A stretch of 56,556 nucleotides of DNA, filler included, from Sphacelaria rigidula (taxonomy: Eukaryota): assembly GCA_964200075.2 (NCBI GenBank). It is 4 parts of 4 records of this genome, joined end to end, with 100 filler letters (N's around TTAATTAATTAA, not from the genome) between each part and the next. Parts side by side here need not be neighbours in the genome. Positions count along the whole stretch, not along the records: positions 1 to 14,065 come from CAXNAA020002476.1; 3 more parts are not named here. One strand, 5' to 3'. Made by a program: the position numbers and the translations under genes. The notes under the pieces were generated by a model, which was given only the letters and a program-made list of their open reading frames with translations, ran no database searches and was not told the origin of the DNA. Positions 1 through 12,330 of this stretch are shown here, piece by piece; positions within the stretch are counted from its first letter, which is position 1; every line of letters starts with the position of its first letter.

Positions 1-60
1 CCCCCGCGCGCGCCCCGGCCCGCGGCCGGCGGCAGAGGCAACCCACCCCCGGGGAGCGCA

Positions 61-93
<33 letters not shown>

Positions 94-1038
94 GGCGGGA
101 CGGCGGGGATGGCACAGGATACTCGATTATCGTGCGAAACACACCAATCCACCGCTCTGTAGTAACAAGCTGGTCTCACCACTAAGCGCAAAAAACACCA
201 CCTGATCGTTTCTCGACCCTCACGTCCGTCACGCAGACTTGGAACACGAATGCGTGCTTTAAGGTTGACCATCAGACAAACACTAGACACCTCGGCCGAA
301 CTGGCGCTACGAGTCGCCGGTTCATGAGGGGAATAACGAAATCGGATATTTACAACTCTTCCATGTCGATTTGCGTACAAAAGTATCACACTCGAAATAT
401 ATATATATATTCGTTGTAGGCCTTTGAGGTGAGTCATCATTAGAAGAAAAAAAACTGTACTTTCTGCCAGGTAAAATGCGCAAGCGTGAGAGGAGTTCAA
501 TGGCTCGAATCCTGGAAGAGGCACCGGTGCAGAAGTGCGAGGCGAACATACAAGGATGGGTAAATATCCGCGGCGTTTTGCACTTTTCTTCGGAAGCTTT
601 CTTGCCTTTTGCAATGTGCTGATGCTGCAATGTGACCCGAGTTTCACACGTGGTTTGAGAGACCATGGTTTCCGAAGAGTTCATCAAACAACTCATGGAT
701 ACTGAACCGCTTGATGGATTGCGATTGATTGACTCAACTGATTCGCCACGAATCCGGCCGCAAACAGATACAGTAATCCTGAAAAACGGGAACGTTTTTT
801 TCATGAGAACGAGCTGCGGTCGAAATTGTACATGATACTGAACCTATTACCCCGCGAGCGTGCCTTGAAGGAAACCTTTGGCGATTACTAGTTTCACAGT
901 CTTACACAATCCCGATCTGTATTTGTGTTCATTAGATAGACGTATCGAAGATGAAAAATAGACGGGAAAACTTCCCGAAGAAAAAAAATCCCACAAGAGG
1001 GCTGGAGTGTGTTGATGGAAAATCAATATAAGGCTGAC

Positions 1039-1152
1039 CTTCTCCTCCTCTACGCCTTCCATTTCCACCGGCTGGCCCTGATTTCCCTCAAGCTCGATGG
1101 CGTCGAAGTATGGCTGCAGCTCATCGCCATCAAGGACTTGGAATGCCTTGTC
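1039..1152 (-). CDS. PSMA1: Proteasome alpha-6, exon 5 (stop-containing last exon not located)
   Basis: Acceptor tttttcAG, then DKAFQVLDGDELQPYFDAIELEGNQGQPVEMEGVEEEK, then probable donor GTCAGC. Acidic tail is typical of alpha-6. Confidence 0.85.
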
Positions 1153-2122
1153 CTGAAAAAGGTACGAATGGGAAGCAAGAAGAGTATGAGTTTTGGCACC
1201 GTAAAAAAACACACGACAAGCAGGCGATATATAAACACTTCGAGCTTCATAGCCCGGCTTCGAAACAACAAACATCACATCAGGCTTCCCCAGGGAAAGG
1301 CAGCACAGTTTACAGAGTTCATCATCGCTGATGACAAATGAGTATTACTGAGGACACAATGTTTCCACGAAGAATGGCCAACGCGGGCGCATATCGGGGT
1401 TCGTGGATGTAGTACTGAAGTACATGCAGACTGCTTGTCATCGAGAGAGTCACCCGATGGGGACCAGACAACCAGCGAGCTCATGGTCGTATGCACTGAC
1501 TTCTCATGGACGTTCAGAGGACCTGACTTACAGGAACCCAGAAACGTCAGGAGCGTGCTCTCCTCATTTCATGTACTAACCGTGGCCCCCGAACCGACTT
1601 CGAAATACACACCTTAGCCTCAAGACTTGAACGGCAAACAAAATACTATCGGCAGCGGAAAAGTACATATTTATGGCACAGGTCAGCACAAGACGTTGTC
1701 AGCCACCGTTGCCGCCAACTAATCCAACAAGGTTGAACGCACGGATAAGGGGCAATCGCCGAAAACTTCCGATGTTCAGCGGTCATCCGCCGGAAGGTAA
1801 CAGACAAGACAGTGACGCGTACATGTTTTCGGGCTGATCAGGAACCTGCGGTCAGGAACGTTGATCGCTAAGAACCGGTGATACTCGTCGACATCGTGCG
1901 TTGTCCCGGATATCGATCGATCCGCCATCGACCGCGGGTCTTCAGAGTGATTGCGCAATTGTGTTGACAAAAATATATATATCGCAAAAGAGACGCACAT
2001 GAAAAACCGCAGCTGGTACATACGCTCTGCCGTCGCATTCGAATTCACCCTCGGCACTCAGTGTACACCAGCGCCGAGAAGACTTGACTACTTGTCATAC
2101 CCTACAGTCATGTTCCGCTGAC

Positions 2123-2233
2123 CTTTCCGACGATGGCCAGAGTGGCCCCCTGGGCGTCGAGCTCCTTGTCCCCCGAAACGCAACCAGATAACGCCTTCAA
2201 CGCGTGCTTCACCAACTCGTCCAGTTCGCAGTT
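2123..2233 (-). CDS. PSMA1: Proteasome alpha-6, exon 4
   Basis: Acceptor acaAG, then NCELDELVKHALKALSGCVSGDKELDAQGATLAIVGK, then donor GTCAGC. Phase 0/0. This frame is not in the ORF track. Confidence 0.92.
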
Positions 2234-3076
2234 CTTGTTTCCCCCGAAAATGTCGTACCACAGGAAGGCGAAATAAGCTCAACCAGTGAGATACGAGTCA
2301 TGTCAAGGTGAAAGGGATACGGTACCGTACCCTAGGTCTCTCGGCACCCCAACTTTTCAGTTCATCGTACCGTACCGAATGACCCAGGGTACCGGGGTAT
2401 CGCTAAAAACAATGCAAGATATACCGGAATGCGTGAAACACTCAACCTTACCCGCGGCTCATCCTCTGCCAACCATCTTCGGAATCATATTGCACATGAG
2501 ATGGTGTGAGTGCCAGTGACTCAAGCCCCCTCACATGCGCTGCCTGGCAAAACTCTCCAAGTCAAGTACTTCTTCGAGCGTGTATTGGCCGACTGAGACC
2601 TTGCTCCAATTAGCCATGGCCACATAGTCCAAGCTGCGACTAAACGATCTTTGCCGACCTTCACGTCATGACCTCAACATGCGGCACCAGGTGTTGTGAT
2701 TACTTTCCGTTGGATCATTGCCATGTTATCTAGGAGAACGATTGTAAGGCATAGCTGTCCATTCGTGCACCCTCAAACAATCCCTCGACCATACCTTGAA
2801 CGCGAATAACCCAAAGTAGCCTTCAAAAAGTACGAACAAGAAAACTGCTACAAATATAGGAATGAAATATATCACTGGTGCGTACGCAAGGTGCGGTAGG
2901 GCACGGACCCGGATTTTTTTTATGGTTCATACCCAAAGTACCCCATAGTAATGGGTACTGCAGATACCCCATACCCCGAGTAACCAGGGTACTTCCGGGT
3001 ACGGTGGGCTACCGTAAGTATTGATATGCAAAAGCTATCTTTTGAATTTCTGCGAGTGCGGATATCTGTATCTCAC

Positions 3077-3329
3077 CTCAAAACTTTCAAAGTGCTTCTC
3101 GAGATAAGTCTTGGCCGACTGCGATCTCGCCCCAATGGCCATCGCCAGATACTCGAAGTAATTACCGGACGGACACGTTTGGAACAGATGGGGGCCTGTT
3201 TGGTCGTGTGCAGCGACCAGCATGCCGACGCCGTACGGTCGCCGCACGTAAGACTGCGTGGTCCGCTGGTGCATATCTGCCAGATCTAGCACCAACCGTC
3301 CGGCCTGCATGTTCGTCCCGAACACGTAT
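3077..3329 (-). CDS. PSMA1: Proteasome alpha-6, exon 3
   Basis: Acceptor gcAG completes the split K codon. Reads YVFGTNMQAGRLV...RRPYGVGMLVAAHDQTGPHLFQTCPSGNYFEYLAMAIGARSQSAKTYLEKHFESFE, then donor GTGAGA. Confidence 0.96.
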
Positions 3330-5444
3330 CTGCCGTAGCCATGTCAGTAGGCGAGAGAGCGAAGGCGGGGGGAGGAAGCGACATCGGCCGTGTTACTGCA
3401 TTGCCATACAGGGCAGAGAGCCCGCATGTTGACGTTTTGAGCGCTGGGGTCACCGATGTAGTTACATGTGAGATGAACGGATCTCTAACCCTCAGATAGA
3501 GAGCGTCGCCTCGGAACAGTTTCACAGGCTGACAGTCCAGCGACATCCGAAGGTTTCCAGGGGGCTGACGGGTGGTTTTTGGCAGGGGGTGGAAGCCTCT
3601 TGGCAGGACAGCCGAAAAGCTCACCATGTCAACCGTGTGTGTTCGGAAGTTTTCAAAGGACTATCATGAGACAGCAACGCGGCCCGTGAGGAGCGGAGAG
3701 AAAATTCTGGCCGATCGAGGCATTCAAAATAATCACTTTGTTCCCCTACAGGTGGACTACAAGTGGACTACTTTGCTGTGTAGTCGTATTTCTCATTTTG
3801 GTTATAACAATTCAACCACACATGCCATGGACACAAACAACGTGTTTTTTGCTCTGCTTGTGGTGTATGCCGCCTGCCTGAACCCTCGTGTGTTGCCAGC
3901 GTCGCTTCACACTGTCTGCAGTGTTGTGGAACACTGAGCAGAGATATCAGCAGCATGCAATAGACTGTCAGTTGTGTTCAGTAGAGAACGATTGCACGCC
4001 GACTGTTTCTTGCCATTGTTTCCATCGGAATTGTGTAGCACACAAACACACCTGCCGACTCTGCACGCCACTGACTGCAGGGTCAAAACCGGTCAGGGGT
4101 TCTCCTGCACTATTTTCTTCAGATGGCAAAATTCCACATATTATTGAAAAAGGCGTTTTGTGTAGCAAGTACAGAACTCGTGCACGAGCCACGACTAGCG
4201 GCATCGCCGATTTATCATATCGCCAGGAATTTGCTCAACATTACAGAGGAGAAGATATCACCACGCCAACAGCAAGCGCATGCGTAGTTGACCATAGTGT
4301 TTTTGCAACAGCTAAATGGCGTGGATAATTTGGTGAAGGGGAACGTGCTGCAGGCGGCGCGTGCCGTTGTGGTAGGGTGGTGTCTTGATCTTGTGCCTGA
4401 TGTTCGCAAAAATGCTCTCCCTACACCCGCACAGATATATGAGCAGGACGAGCGCAACAATTTCAATATACACACCAGCAACACGCATGGAACCTCAGTG
4501 GTTGGCGTATCCCTCTCAACAGCTCTGCTTGCGAAAACGGGACCTCGTGGTGTTCAAAGTCCGGGAAGAGACGACGACCCCGGCCGGCTATTGCGTTTTC
4601 AACATAGACGCAGGGAAATATGCCTCATAATCCCGCCCGGTCAACCATGCCAGGCTGCCGAACTCTTCTAGGCCACGACCTCAAAATCGAGACTCACGGT
4701 CAACTCGGTCATCTTCGCCTACACTATTGTCGTCCTCCAAAAAGTAGCGCTATCGGGGACTGGACTGTTGCAACAGGAGGCTTGGGGCGCCAAAAGAATC
4801 AACGGCAATACTATCATCACGGCTGTGTTCCAACCTTTCGATTATATCGGGGGGGGGGGGGGGGGGGGGGGGGGGTTGGAAGATGAAGTTGGTGGGGTTG
4901 ATTTTCTTGGTTTGCTGTCTCTTTCCGCCCTGTCCGCGTGGTGACCCNNNNNNNNNNGAGTGATGCTCGTTCGTTTGTTGGGGTTGTTTTGGGTGGGTGT
5001 GGGGTGGGGGGGGGGGGGGGGGGGGGGTGTTGTTTTGGAAAAGTTACGCGGTTTGTTTTCCATCGCGATGTTCCTTTCCGTTTCCAGCTCTGGCGACAGT
5101 CAGCACTGCCTCTTCATGCAGTGTGGTGCATGGACAGCTCCCGATACTGCCCACACCATGGCCGCACTGCATTGTCGGCATGCTGTTGGTGTTCTTGGGG
5201 CACGATTATCAAGAAAAACTGACCACTTGCTCTGCTGGTGTGACATCTTCGAGTAGGATGTGGAATGTAGAACTTGCACCAAAACATTTTCGGATGAAAC
5301 CGTTGCTCAGTTAAAAACCAGCCTTCTCATTATCCATCCTCATGGATCAATTGACGCATCTCGGAGTACAACACAGCCTTTCATATTCAAGCCCACCAGT
5401 CGATACTGCATTTCAGCCCCCAAGATCCCCCTCACTCGGCTCAC

Positions 5445-5668
5445 TTGTGATTGAGGCATTCCATCCGCATGTACTTGGCCAGTGACCTCGCGTCAGCGGC
5501 GAGACCCGCGATCGCGATGCCCATGTTGCTGTCCAGCTTGAAGATTTTCTTTTGGGGTGACGACATTTCATTGGGTGCTCGCTTCAGGGCCGCGATCACC
5601 ACGTGACTGCCGCTGCGCAGTCCAAGCGACGCCCCCCCCTGCTTTACTGCCTCCATAGCATATTCCAC
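5445..5668 (-). CDS. PSMA1: Proteasome alpha-6, exon 2
   Basis: Acceptor ..gaaAG, then [19 protein letters not shown]...[17 protein letters not shown](K), then donor GTGAGC. Ends in phase 2. Confidence 0.95.
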
Positions 5669-5953
5669 CTTTCAGGATCGGGATTAGGCGATTTCGTTAC
5701 ACACGAAAAAACGTTGAAGGTTGTTTTTGCAGTGGCAAATCTTGATGAAATGTACGCGGCTACAACATGTTTCATTGCCTCGTGCTCAGACGGTACGGAG
5801 TTCGACTGTAGAGCTGGGACTTTTTTGTCGGCAGACTTTCAGCCTCACCCCTCTCGTACAATATTCCATGAAGCGTCTACTATTAAGAGGCTGATATTAC
5901 GAGCTGGGCCAGTCTAGAAGCGGATTTGTAGTTCGAAGACCCATTCACATCTC

Positions 5954-6192
5954 AATATTCAAAGTTGGACCCTAAAATTTTGTATGGACAATGAGTAGGG
6001 CATAACAAAAAACGTGTGCGCACACCAAATATATATACAGTATATTTTATGATTTAACGGATTTTTACTGAAACGTGAAAAGTGACTTATGCCCTTCACT
6101 CATGAAAAACAAGATCTTTGGGTCTACACACACGTTTTTTCTTATGCCCTCTTCATTGCCCACACGCAAATTCAGTATCCAACTCTAAATAT
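5954..6192. repeat. Imperfect inverted repeat with ~70-bp arms, MITE-like, in PSMA1 intron 1
   Basis: 5954-6025 (aatattcaaagttggaccc...gggcataacaaaaaacgtgtg) matches the reverse complement of 6121-6192. Confidence 0.7.
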
Positions 6193-7167
6193 TGACGTGC
6201 TGATGGGCCGTTAAAAACCGGGCCGGTAGAAATTCGGGACAGTATTTCGTAGGCCACGGACCGGCCCCGGTCTTGTACTTGTGTATTGAACTTTTGTGTG
6301 GGACCTCGCTGGGGCATAATGAACCAAAAAATGTGGACCAGGTTGATTTTTTCTTCACTAAATTAGAGTGTTCAAGTGTGGTAAAGACTACCCTTTCACG
6401 AGAACGCCATAACCTCACTCTTTAGAAAAGAAAAGACCCATTTTTTTTCATTTAACATGCCTTCGCGATTTTCCCTGCCAAGTTTTGAATCATAATTCGA
6501 AAACTTGAGTTGGAAAACTGATATAAGGTCCGGGAACAAATGTCCATTTCTCCTTATAACTCCGATAGAAATCGAAAAAAAAACTGCTTATTTTATTTGT
6601 TTTACACTAGCAATCTCCACACGAAATTTTGAAGCAAAACTCTAGAAAAAGAAGACGCGATATTCAGATTTAGTGCATTTAGCGCCTCTGCTCGTAATAG
6701 ATGGATTTGAGCATGGGACCTGATGTGTGCCATATCTCGACATAGATCATGAATTAGGCGAAGTTGAGGGTATCGATCGTTCTCCCGTGCTCTAGGAAAT
6801 GTCCACACAGAAAACCGTCATCATCCGCTGTGTTTATCGTTCGGGGTTTCATTTAGACTTCAGTACGAATGCTATCTCCGAACGGTACAGGAATTACTAG
6901 ACATGGCTTTGATTAACGAGAATGAATCGACTGAGACTTTTGAGCAGATGGGCATCTTCCCCTTGATCAGACGATGAACGCGACATGCGGGTCACGGCCC
7001 AACTTGTCTGTCGATGAGATGTTGCTTTGAGAGCCCAAGTCCACGTCTACGTCGATCCAGCTCGTACCGTGTTCGTATGAAGTACGAGAATTACCGGGAA
7101 TTTGATACCATCACTTTTCGAAGCTGATTCTAGGGGGCTGCCATGAAAAATCGAAGGCTGTGTACTG

Positions 7168-7670
7168 TAGGGTACGGATTACTGTACCCCTCGGTATTTA
7201 CCGTACCCGACAGTTCTGTGAGTTCTTGAGGACTTTCATACCCTTACCCGATAGTTATGTGAGTTCTGCAAGCCTCCCGTCCCGTTACTGGGGGGCACGG
7301 GTACGCTCTTGATAATTTATCCCGTTGCGGGCACGGTTTTCTGTGCACCCTTCATACCGTACCCAACAGTTTCGGTGAGTTTTGCACAGAATGTTTACCC
7401 GTACCCGGTGCGCGGGTAGGTTCTTGAAGACACATCCGATTGCCCGCACGGGTATTCCCGTAAGGTTCCCACACCGTACCCGACAAAATCTGTCATCTCT
7501 GTAAGACTTTCATACAGTACTGGTACCCGCCAGTTATGTGAGCTCCGTAAGCCTGTCATATCTCTACCCGGGGTTGAAGTACACCGTTGTAGATATACCC
7601 GATTGTAGGTACAAGCACAGGTATATACCTCGGGAAGGTACGGATACACGTTTAATCAAAACACAACCTC
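7168..7670 (+). mobile_element. Dispersed non-autonomous repeat with internal CCGTACCCG..AGTTCTGT subrepeats, copy 1
   Basis: Starts TAGGGTACG and ends ACACAACCT. Colinear with 8281-8752. Confidence 0.7.
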
Positions 7671-8280
7671 ATGACCTGAGCATGTACCTCTCGTCGGTCA
7701 ACCCACTCTACTACTGCATTCAACACTGCATACCAACGAAAATCCAGTGTTGGAAGGTTCTTTAGTTTGAGATCTGACGGGATACAAGGTACTGCTGAGT
7801 GGAAACACGAAACATGAGTAGCAGTGCAGACCATCAGAATGGATCATCCCACACTCGACTGGTGGCTTGAGTGGGGTTGGTTCATCTGCGCAACCAGGGG
7901 ATCAAGTAGCAAGACGCACGTCATCGACGTTGATGGCGGTTATGTCGTGATTATGAAGCCCCAGGCTGTTGTCGACATGTATAGCAAAGAGTATGAGCTG
8001 CCACCAAAAGTCGTCAAGGTCGTCGACGATTTTGTCGAGCCGACGGATTTCCAGTGAGCGCGCAGCCGTGAAAGCTGTTCACTGTGTCTCTGGGAATGTA
8101 CATAGAGTCAATAGATGTTGACGATCTCGTGCACATATACTACTGCGAGTGTTCGTGTAGTCTTTCGTCATCAACTCCGTAAAGCTCTTGAGGGTTTTCA
8201 TGAACTACCATCTGTAGTTCGCTACTGTAGTGACGTAAGTCCCACCAGAGGGGTGACGACAACACCAAGATCGTGTTTTG

Positions 8281-8752
8281 TAGGGTACGATTTTCTGCAC
8301 ACCCGGGGTATCTTCCCGGGTATTTACCTTGTCAAACAGTTCTGTGACTTCTGTAGGACTTTCATACCGGTACCCGAGAGTTTTGTAACCTCTGTAAGAC
8401 TTTCATACCCTTATCCGATGGCTCTGTGAGTTCTGCAAGCGTCCTGTACCGTTACCGGGGGGTACGGGTACACTATTGATGAGATACCAGGTTGCGGGTA
8501 CGGTTTTCTGTGCAACCTTTATACCCTACTCGACAGTTTCTGTCAGTTCTGTAAGTCTCCCATACCCTTACCCGATACTCCTGTGAGTTCTGTACAGTAA
8601 CCGGAGCACGGGTATGCTCTTGAAGAAACACCCGATTTCTGGCACCACACCGTACCCGACAAGTTCTGTAATTTCTTCAAGACTTTCAAACCGGCACCAA
8701 ATATTTCTGTACGTTCTATAAGGAATATCATACTCCACAGAACACAACCTTG
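8281..8752 (+). mobile_element. Same repeat family, copy 2
   Basis: Starts TAGGGTACG and ends AACACAACCTTG. Shares internal blocks with copy 1, e.g. ccgttac(c/t)gggggg..cgggtac and gttgcggg(c/t)acggttttctgtgca. Confidence 0.7.
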
Positions 8753-8995
8753 AAAAGGTCGTGGGTTGCGGGGAAATGCGGCGAGAAAGAAATCATGCGC
8801 TGTGATAAATCCACGTCATATCTGATCCTAGAAATCACCACTATTCGTGCATTTTTTCGCGCGCGACGTACGGTCTTACCCTGCATACGCGTGAAACGCT
8901 GAAAAATATGTGCTCCATACCGTACTTGAAACTAAAACAAACATTTGACCCCAAATGTATGCAGAACACTCTAGCGCAATGGGAAGGGCTAACAT

Positions 8996-9510
8996 TGGAG
9001 CTCGGAAATAGTCTGTCTAAATATTTACCGGTAAAATGGTACATAATGGTTTGGTCATGGAGCGGCGCAGCCGTGAGCCAAATAGCCACCCCCGGCAGAG
9101 GGGGACCTGCCGGAGGCACGTTTTCGCGCGATTTGGCTTCACCAGAGCTAAAAAAATACGTCGAAATTGGGACAACTTGCAAGGGCAAAACCATAGCGCA
9201 CATGGCTTGGAACTTCCATTGAAATAAGCTGCCCATTTGATTTGTTCATCGGAAAAAAATGGGATTGTCTTTGCTGGTCTTTTTAATTCTTGATAAAAAA
9301 ATAGAACGGAAAAAAGAGCCCAGGACTGCTGCTGCATGCTGCATACTGTGACTGTGAACCGTATGTAGCATACGTGGCAGTAACGGCTTACGAATCCGGT
9401 GACAGTAAAAAATGGTTCATCACCATCATCCAGTATTCCATATAATCATCACCATCATAGCCCTTATAGTGATGATGGCCGGTAATAACTGGTACCATTT
9501 CGCAGCTCTA
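8996..9510 (+). mobile_element. hAT-type MITE, copy 1 (about 180 bp longer than copies 2 and 3)
   Basis: TIRs TGGAGCTCGGAAATAGT / ACCATTTCGCAGCTCTA. 8-bp TSD GCTAACAT / GCAAACAT. Confidence 0.85.
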
Positions 9511-10140
9511 GCAAACATGGAAACTCTCAGCTTTTTCAGCTGTCAGTGCGGCACAAACAAGTGACTTTTGTAAAATGCTTATAATTCGTGAACGTTGGAA
9601 ACACATGCTCAAGATCCCAAGGCCTGCCTTGCCATCTGTGGACACCCACGCTGGACGACACATGATACCTTCAGGGGTAGCCACAGTCCGCCGCAGTGCG
9701 GAGAACTGCGTTTCAGTGTTTTTGGTGCCACGTAGGGCGAGAAGCAGGGACATTCGTTCAAGTCTGTTGCTCTGTGTTGCAACAAGACAGCTTGACTGAC
9801 AGCTACGCCGCGGCCTCAAGAGCTTGTGTCGCGCGACGTGCATGTCATGATCACCGGGTGAGCAGCTTTGAGGGGAGGGGCGTTGTTCGATATTTGCTGT
9901 GGTTCGTAACGTCCATCCCAGTTTCCTGCTTTGCTTTGCCAAATCCTATCTGGATATAAACTGAATGAAAACGAGAAGAACCACTCAGACAGCATTTTGT
10001 CGATCGCCATATTTTTCAAGGCAGTCCCCAAGACTTGATCGAGAACATTGCTGACGTGCCAAAGCTAGCGTTTTGCCTACCAGGCAATCTTAGGGGATCT
10101 ACAGGTGGAAAACTGCAAACAAAACGAATGCCAGTCTCAC

Positions 10141-10203
10141 CTGGTGAAGTCGACCCTGAGGGCTCCAAACCGTCACATCCGTGTCGTACTGGTTGCGAAA
10201 CAT
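10141..10203 (-). CDS. PSMA1: 20S proteasome subunit alpha type-1 (alpha-6), exon 1
   Basis: ATG at 10203 reads [21 protein letters not shown], the proteasome alpha N-terminal signature, followed by donor GTGAGA. Not in the ORF track. Confidence 0.95.
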
Positions 10204-11144
10204 CGCGCTTGGTCGGTCTCGAAGCTACAGGTTGTTCGACAGCGATCAAAACGTTGTGGCTGAACAGCTGACAACAATCAATCACCGATGAGCTTTTGCC
10301 CCCTCAGGCGTGTATCCTAAGCTAGCTATTCCCCCTACCCACTGCTGATGACTTGGAACCCCCCGCCCGCGCGAAGAATGACTCTCCGAAGTTTCGCACG
10401 ACCCACGTCCAACCTTGCGCCTGAGCTATTGGTGGGATTCTGGAGCGATGGACTTCGGTTGTTGGACTTGGTCACAGCGAGTGGAAAACCGAAACAGAGG
10501 TCATGGTGAAAAAAAAGGCAGGGGGAGAGGCAATCATAAAATACGGCTACAAGAAGGAAATACGGCGAAACCGTCACGCTGTTACTGCCCTGAAGCCTCA
10601 GTCGCTGCCTGTCGTTGGCATCCGTCCCTGCTTTCTGGATTTGGGGTGGAAATTCGAGTACAGTATGAGATCGGACTAATGTGCGGAAATAATAATAATA
10701 AAATAAAAAAAGCGAGATTGACTGTCAAAGGACGACTGCTTGATTATCACACAATATGGTGGCGAACATCTTCTAGGTGGCATGTCGCGATATATTGGTA
10801 TGCTCGAAGGATTAACGCGAAAGCAGAGCGTGATGTTTGTCAAAAGAAAGGGCGGCATTGCAGTAAACCGTGGAATTCTCATGTCCAGATCAGATCAAAT
10901 CAGATGCAGGGCGGCGGGAGCGTCGTTGTGTCGTACACTGTTCCACCATGCCGCACGACAGTCGTACTACGGAGGAGTACAACCAACCATAGTGCCCTTC
11001 TCCTACAGAACAGCAAAATAAAAGTAGGCCAACACAGGTCGGAAGGACCAGGGGAAAGACACGCACCCGAAGAGCATTCCAGCGATTATTTTACAGGCGA
11101 ATTAGCGTCGTGCTTGTCTCCTCTGTACAGTAGATGACGGGGTA

Positions 11145-12089
11145 TTACACCCTCCTCTCGGGCAGTAGGGTTGTAACCTCGATTTCCTGATAGACAACAC
11201 CTTGCTGTTTCTGGGGATCCTGCCAATCGAAACACACTGACAATTGTCCTCCAGAATACACAATTTCCAGGATTGCACGGTCTTCATCTCTCCAGAACAC
11301 CATGATGGCGAACCATAAAAGAGAGGCTATCGGGGGGTGTTATTCCCCGTTACCCACCGAACACTGTTTCTGTTTGTTTTTTTTGGTCAAGAGTCGGTGT
11401 CTGTGGATCTCTACAGACCCTGCATTTCGTCGCATGACAAACTTGCGCAAACACAGCTACAGATACAGTAGCGTTAGCAACAAACGTTCCTAAAAAAAGA
11501 TGCCTTTGCAACACATGGGAGACACAATACCTATCACACGCATAGCTAAAAGGTCGCATGTACCTCTCGGGTCGCAGGTATCTCTCGAGACAGGTTTCGG
11601 AGGTCTACGGAAAGCACCGAACGAAATACACACCGTTTGGTCCTGCGAAGTCCGCTTTTCAGGGTGCTCAGCGTGGTAGTCCTACTTTTTTGTGCCGTTC
11701 TTCCCAGATTCAGCATGAAAAATACATGACTTGGAGAAAATGGCAAACTCACCTTGTGCACAATCTCGAGAAATCTCAGCAGCCAGCTTGTACAGGAGAA
11801 GGTGGCGGGCTGCGATACTCAATCGAGTCTTCGATACTGATTAAATTGTGCTCCGAAAGTATGTCATTATCTATGATATTGGTTGAGGGGTGGTAAAAAA
11901 CGTGACACCAACTACTCGTAAACAACGCATGACATGACGAGGTGTACTTGACCAGGTTTGGACAAAATCAGGTACAGTCGCAATGAACGCACTCTGGTCA
12001 ACTACGTCGGAGTACTGTGGGCTCGTTTTTTCGATGCTCCTGCTGCTCACTGCATTGTTGCTCGAAGGATCATTTGGACTCGCCTCCAT
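11145..12089 (-). CDS. Candidate small three-exon gene of unknown function (exons ~12089-11948, 11836-11753, 11326-11145)
   Basis: Phase-compatible GT-AG exons, with a strong GTGAGT donor at 11752. They give MEASPNDPSS...SKTRLSIAARHLLLYKLAAEISRDCAQASLLWFAIMVFWRDEDRAILEIVYSGGQLSVCFDWQDPQKQQGVVYQEIEVTTLLPERRV*. No homology recognised, and the exon 1 donor is uncertain. Confidence 0.35.
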
Positions 12090-12234
12090 CACAACCGCAA
12101 CTCCATTCCACCTCCAGGTTATCACTGGTACCGCGGTAGCCTTTGTGCGTCCGATCTCGTTTGGTAGCAACAGGAGCAATTCGAATAATCGAAAGCGCCG
12201 CCTGCCCAAATCATCCGCCAAGATACCAACAGCT

Positions 12235-12330
12235 ATGGCATCACCGGCGTCTGGCGCTGATTTCACGGCACGGGCATGGAAGGGTGGCGAGGCCCATGAA
12301 GTATTGCCGAAGATCTTCCTTGGCTCGATG
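12235..12330 (+). CDS. Probable first exon of a dual-specificity-phosphatase-like protein
   Basis: Reads MASPASGADFTARAWKGGEAHEVLPKIFLGSM, then donor GTGAGC. EVLPKIFLGS resembles the start of the DSPc domain (EILPxLYLGS). No further exon was found before the scaffold end. Confidence 0.5.

Noticed and set aside
4140..4830. Possible decayed transposase in PSMA1 intron 2
   Set aside because: Looks coding-like, but every frame is broken and I could not identify a catalytic motif. BLASTX would be needed.
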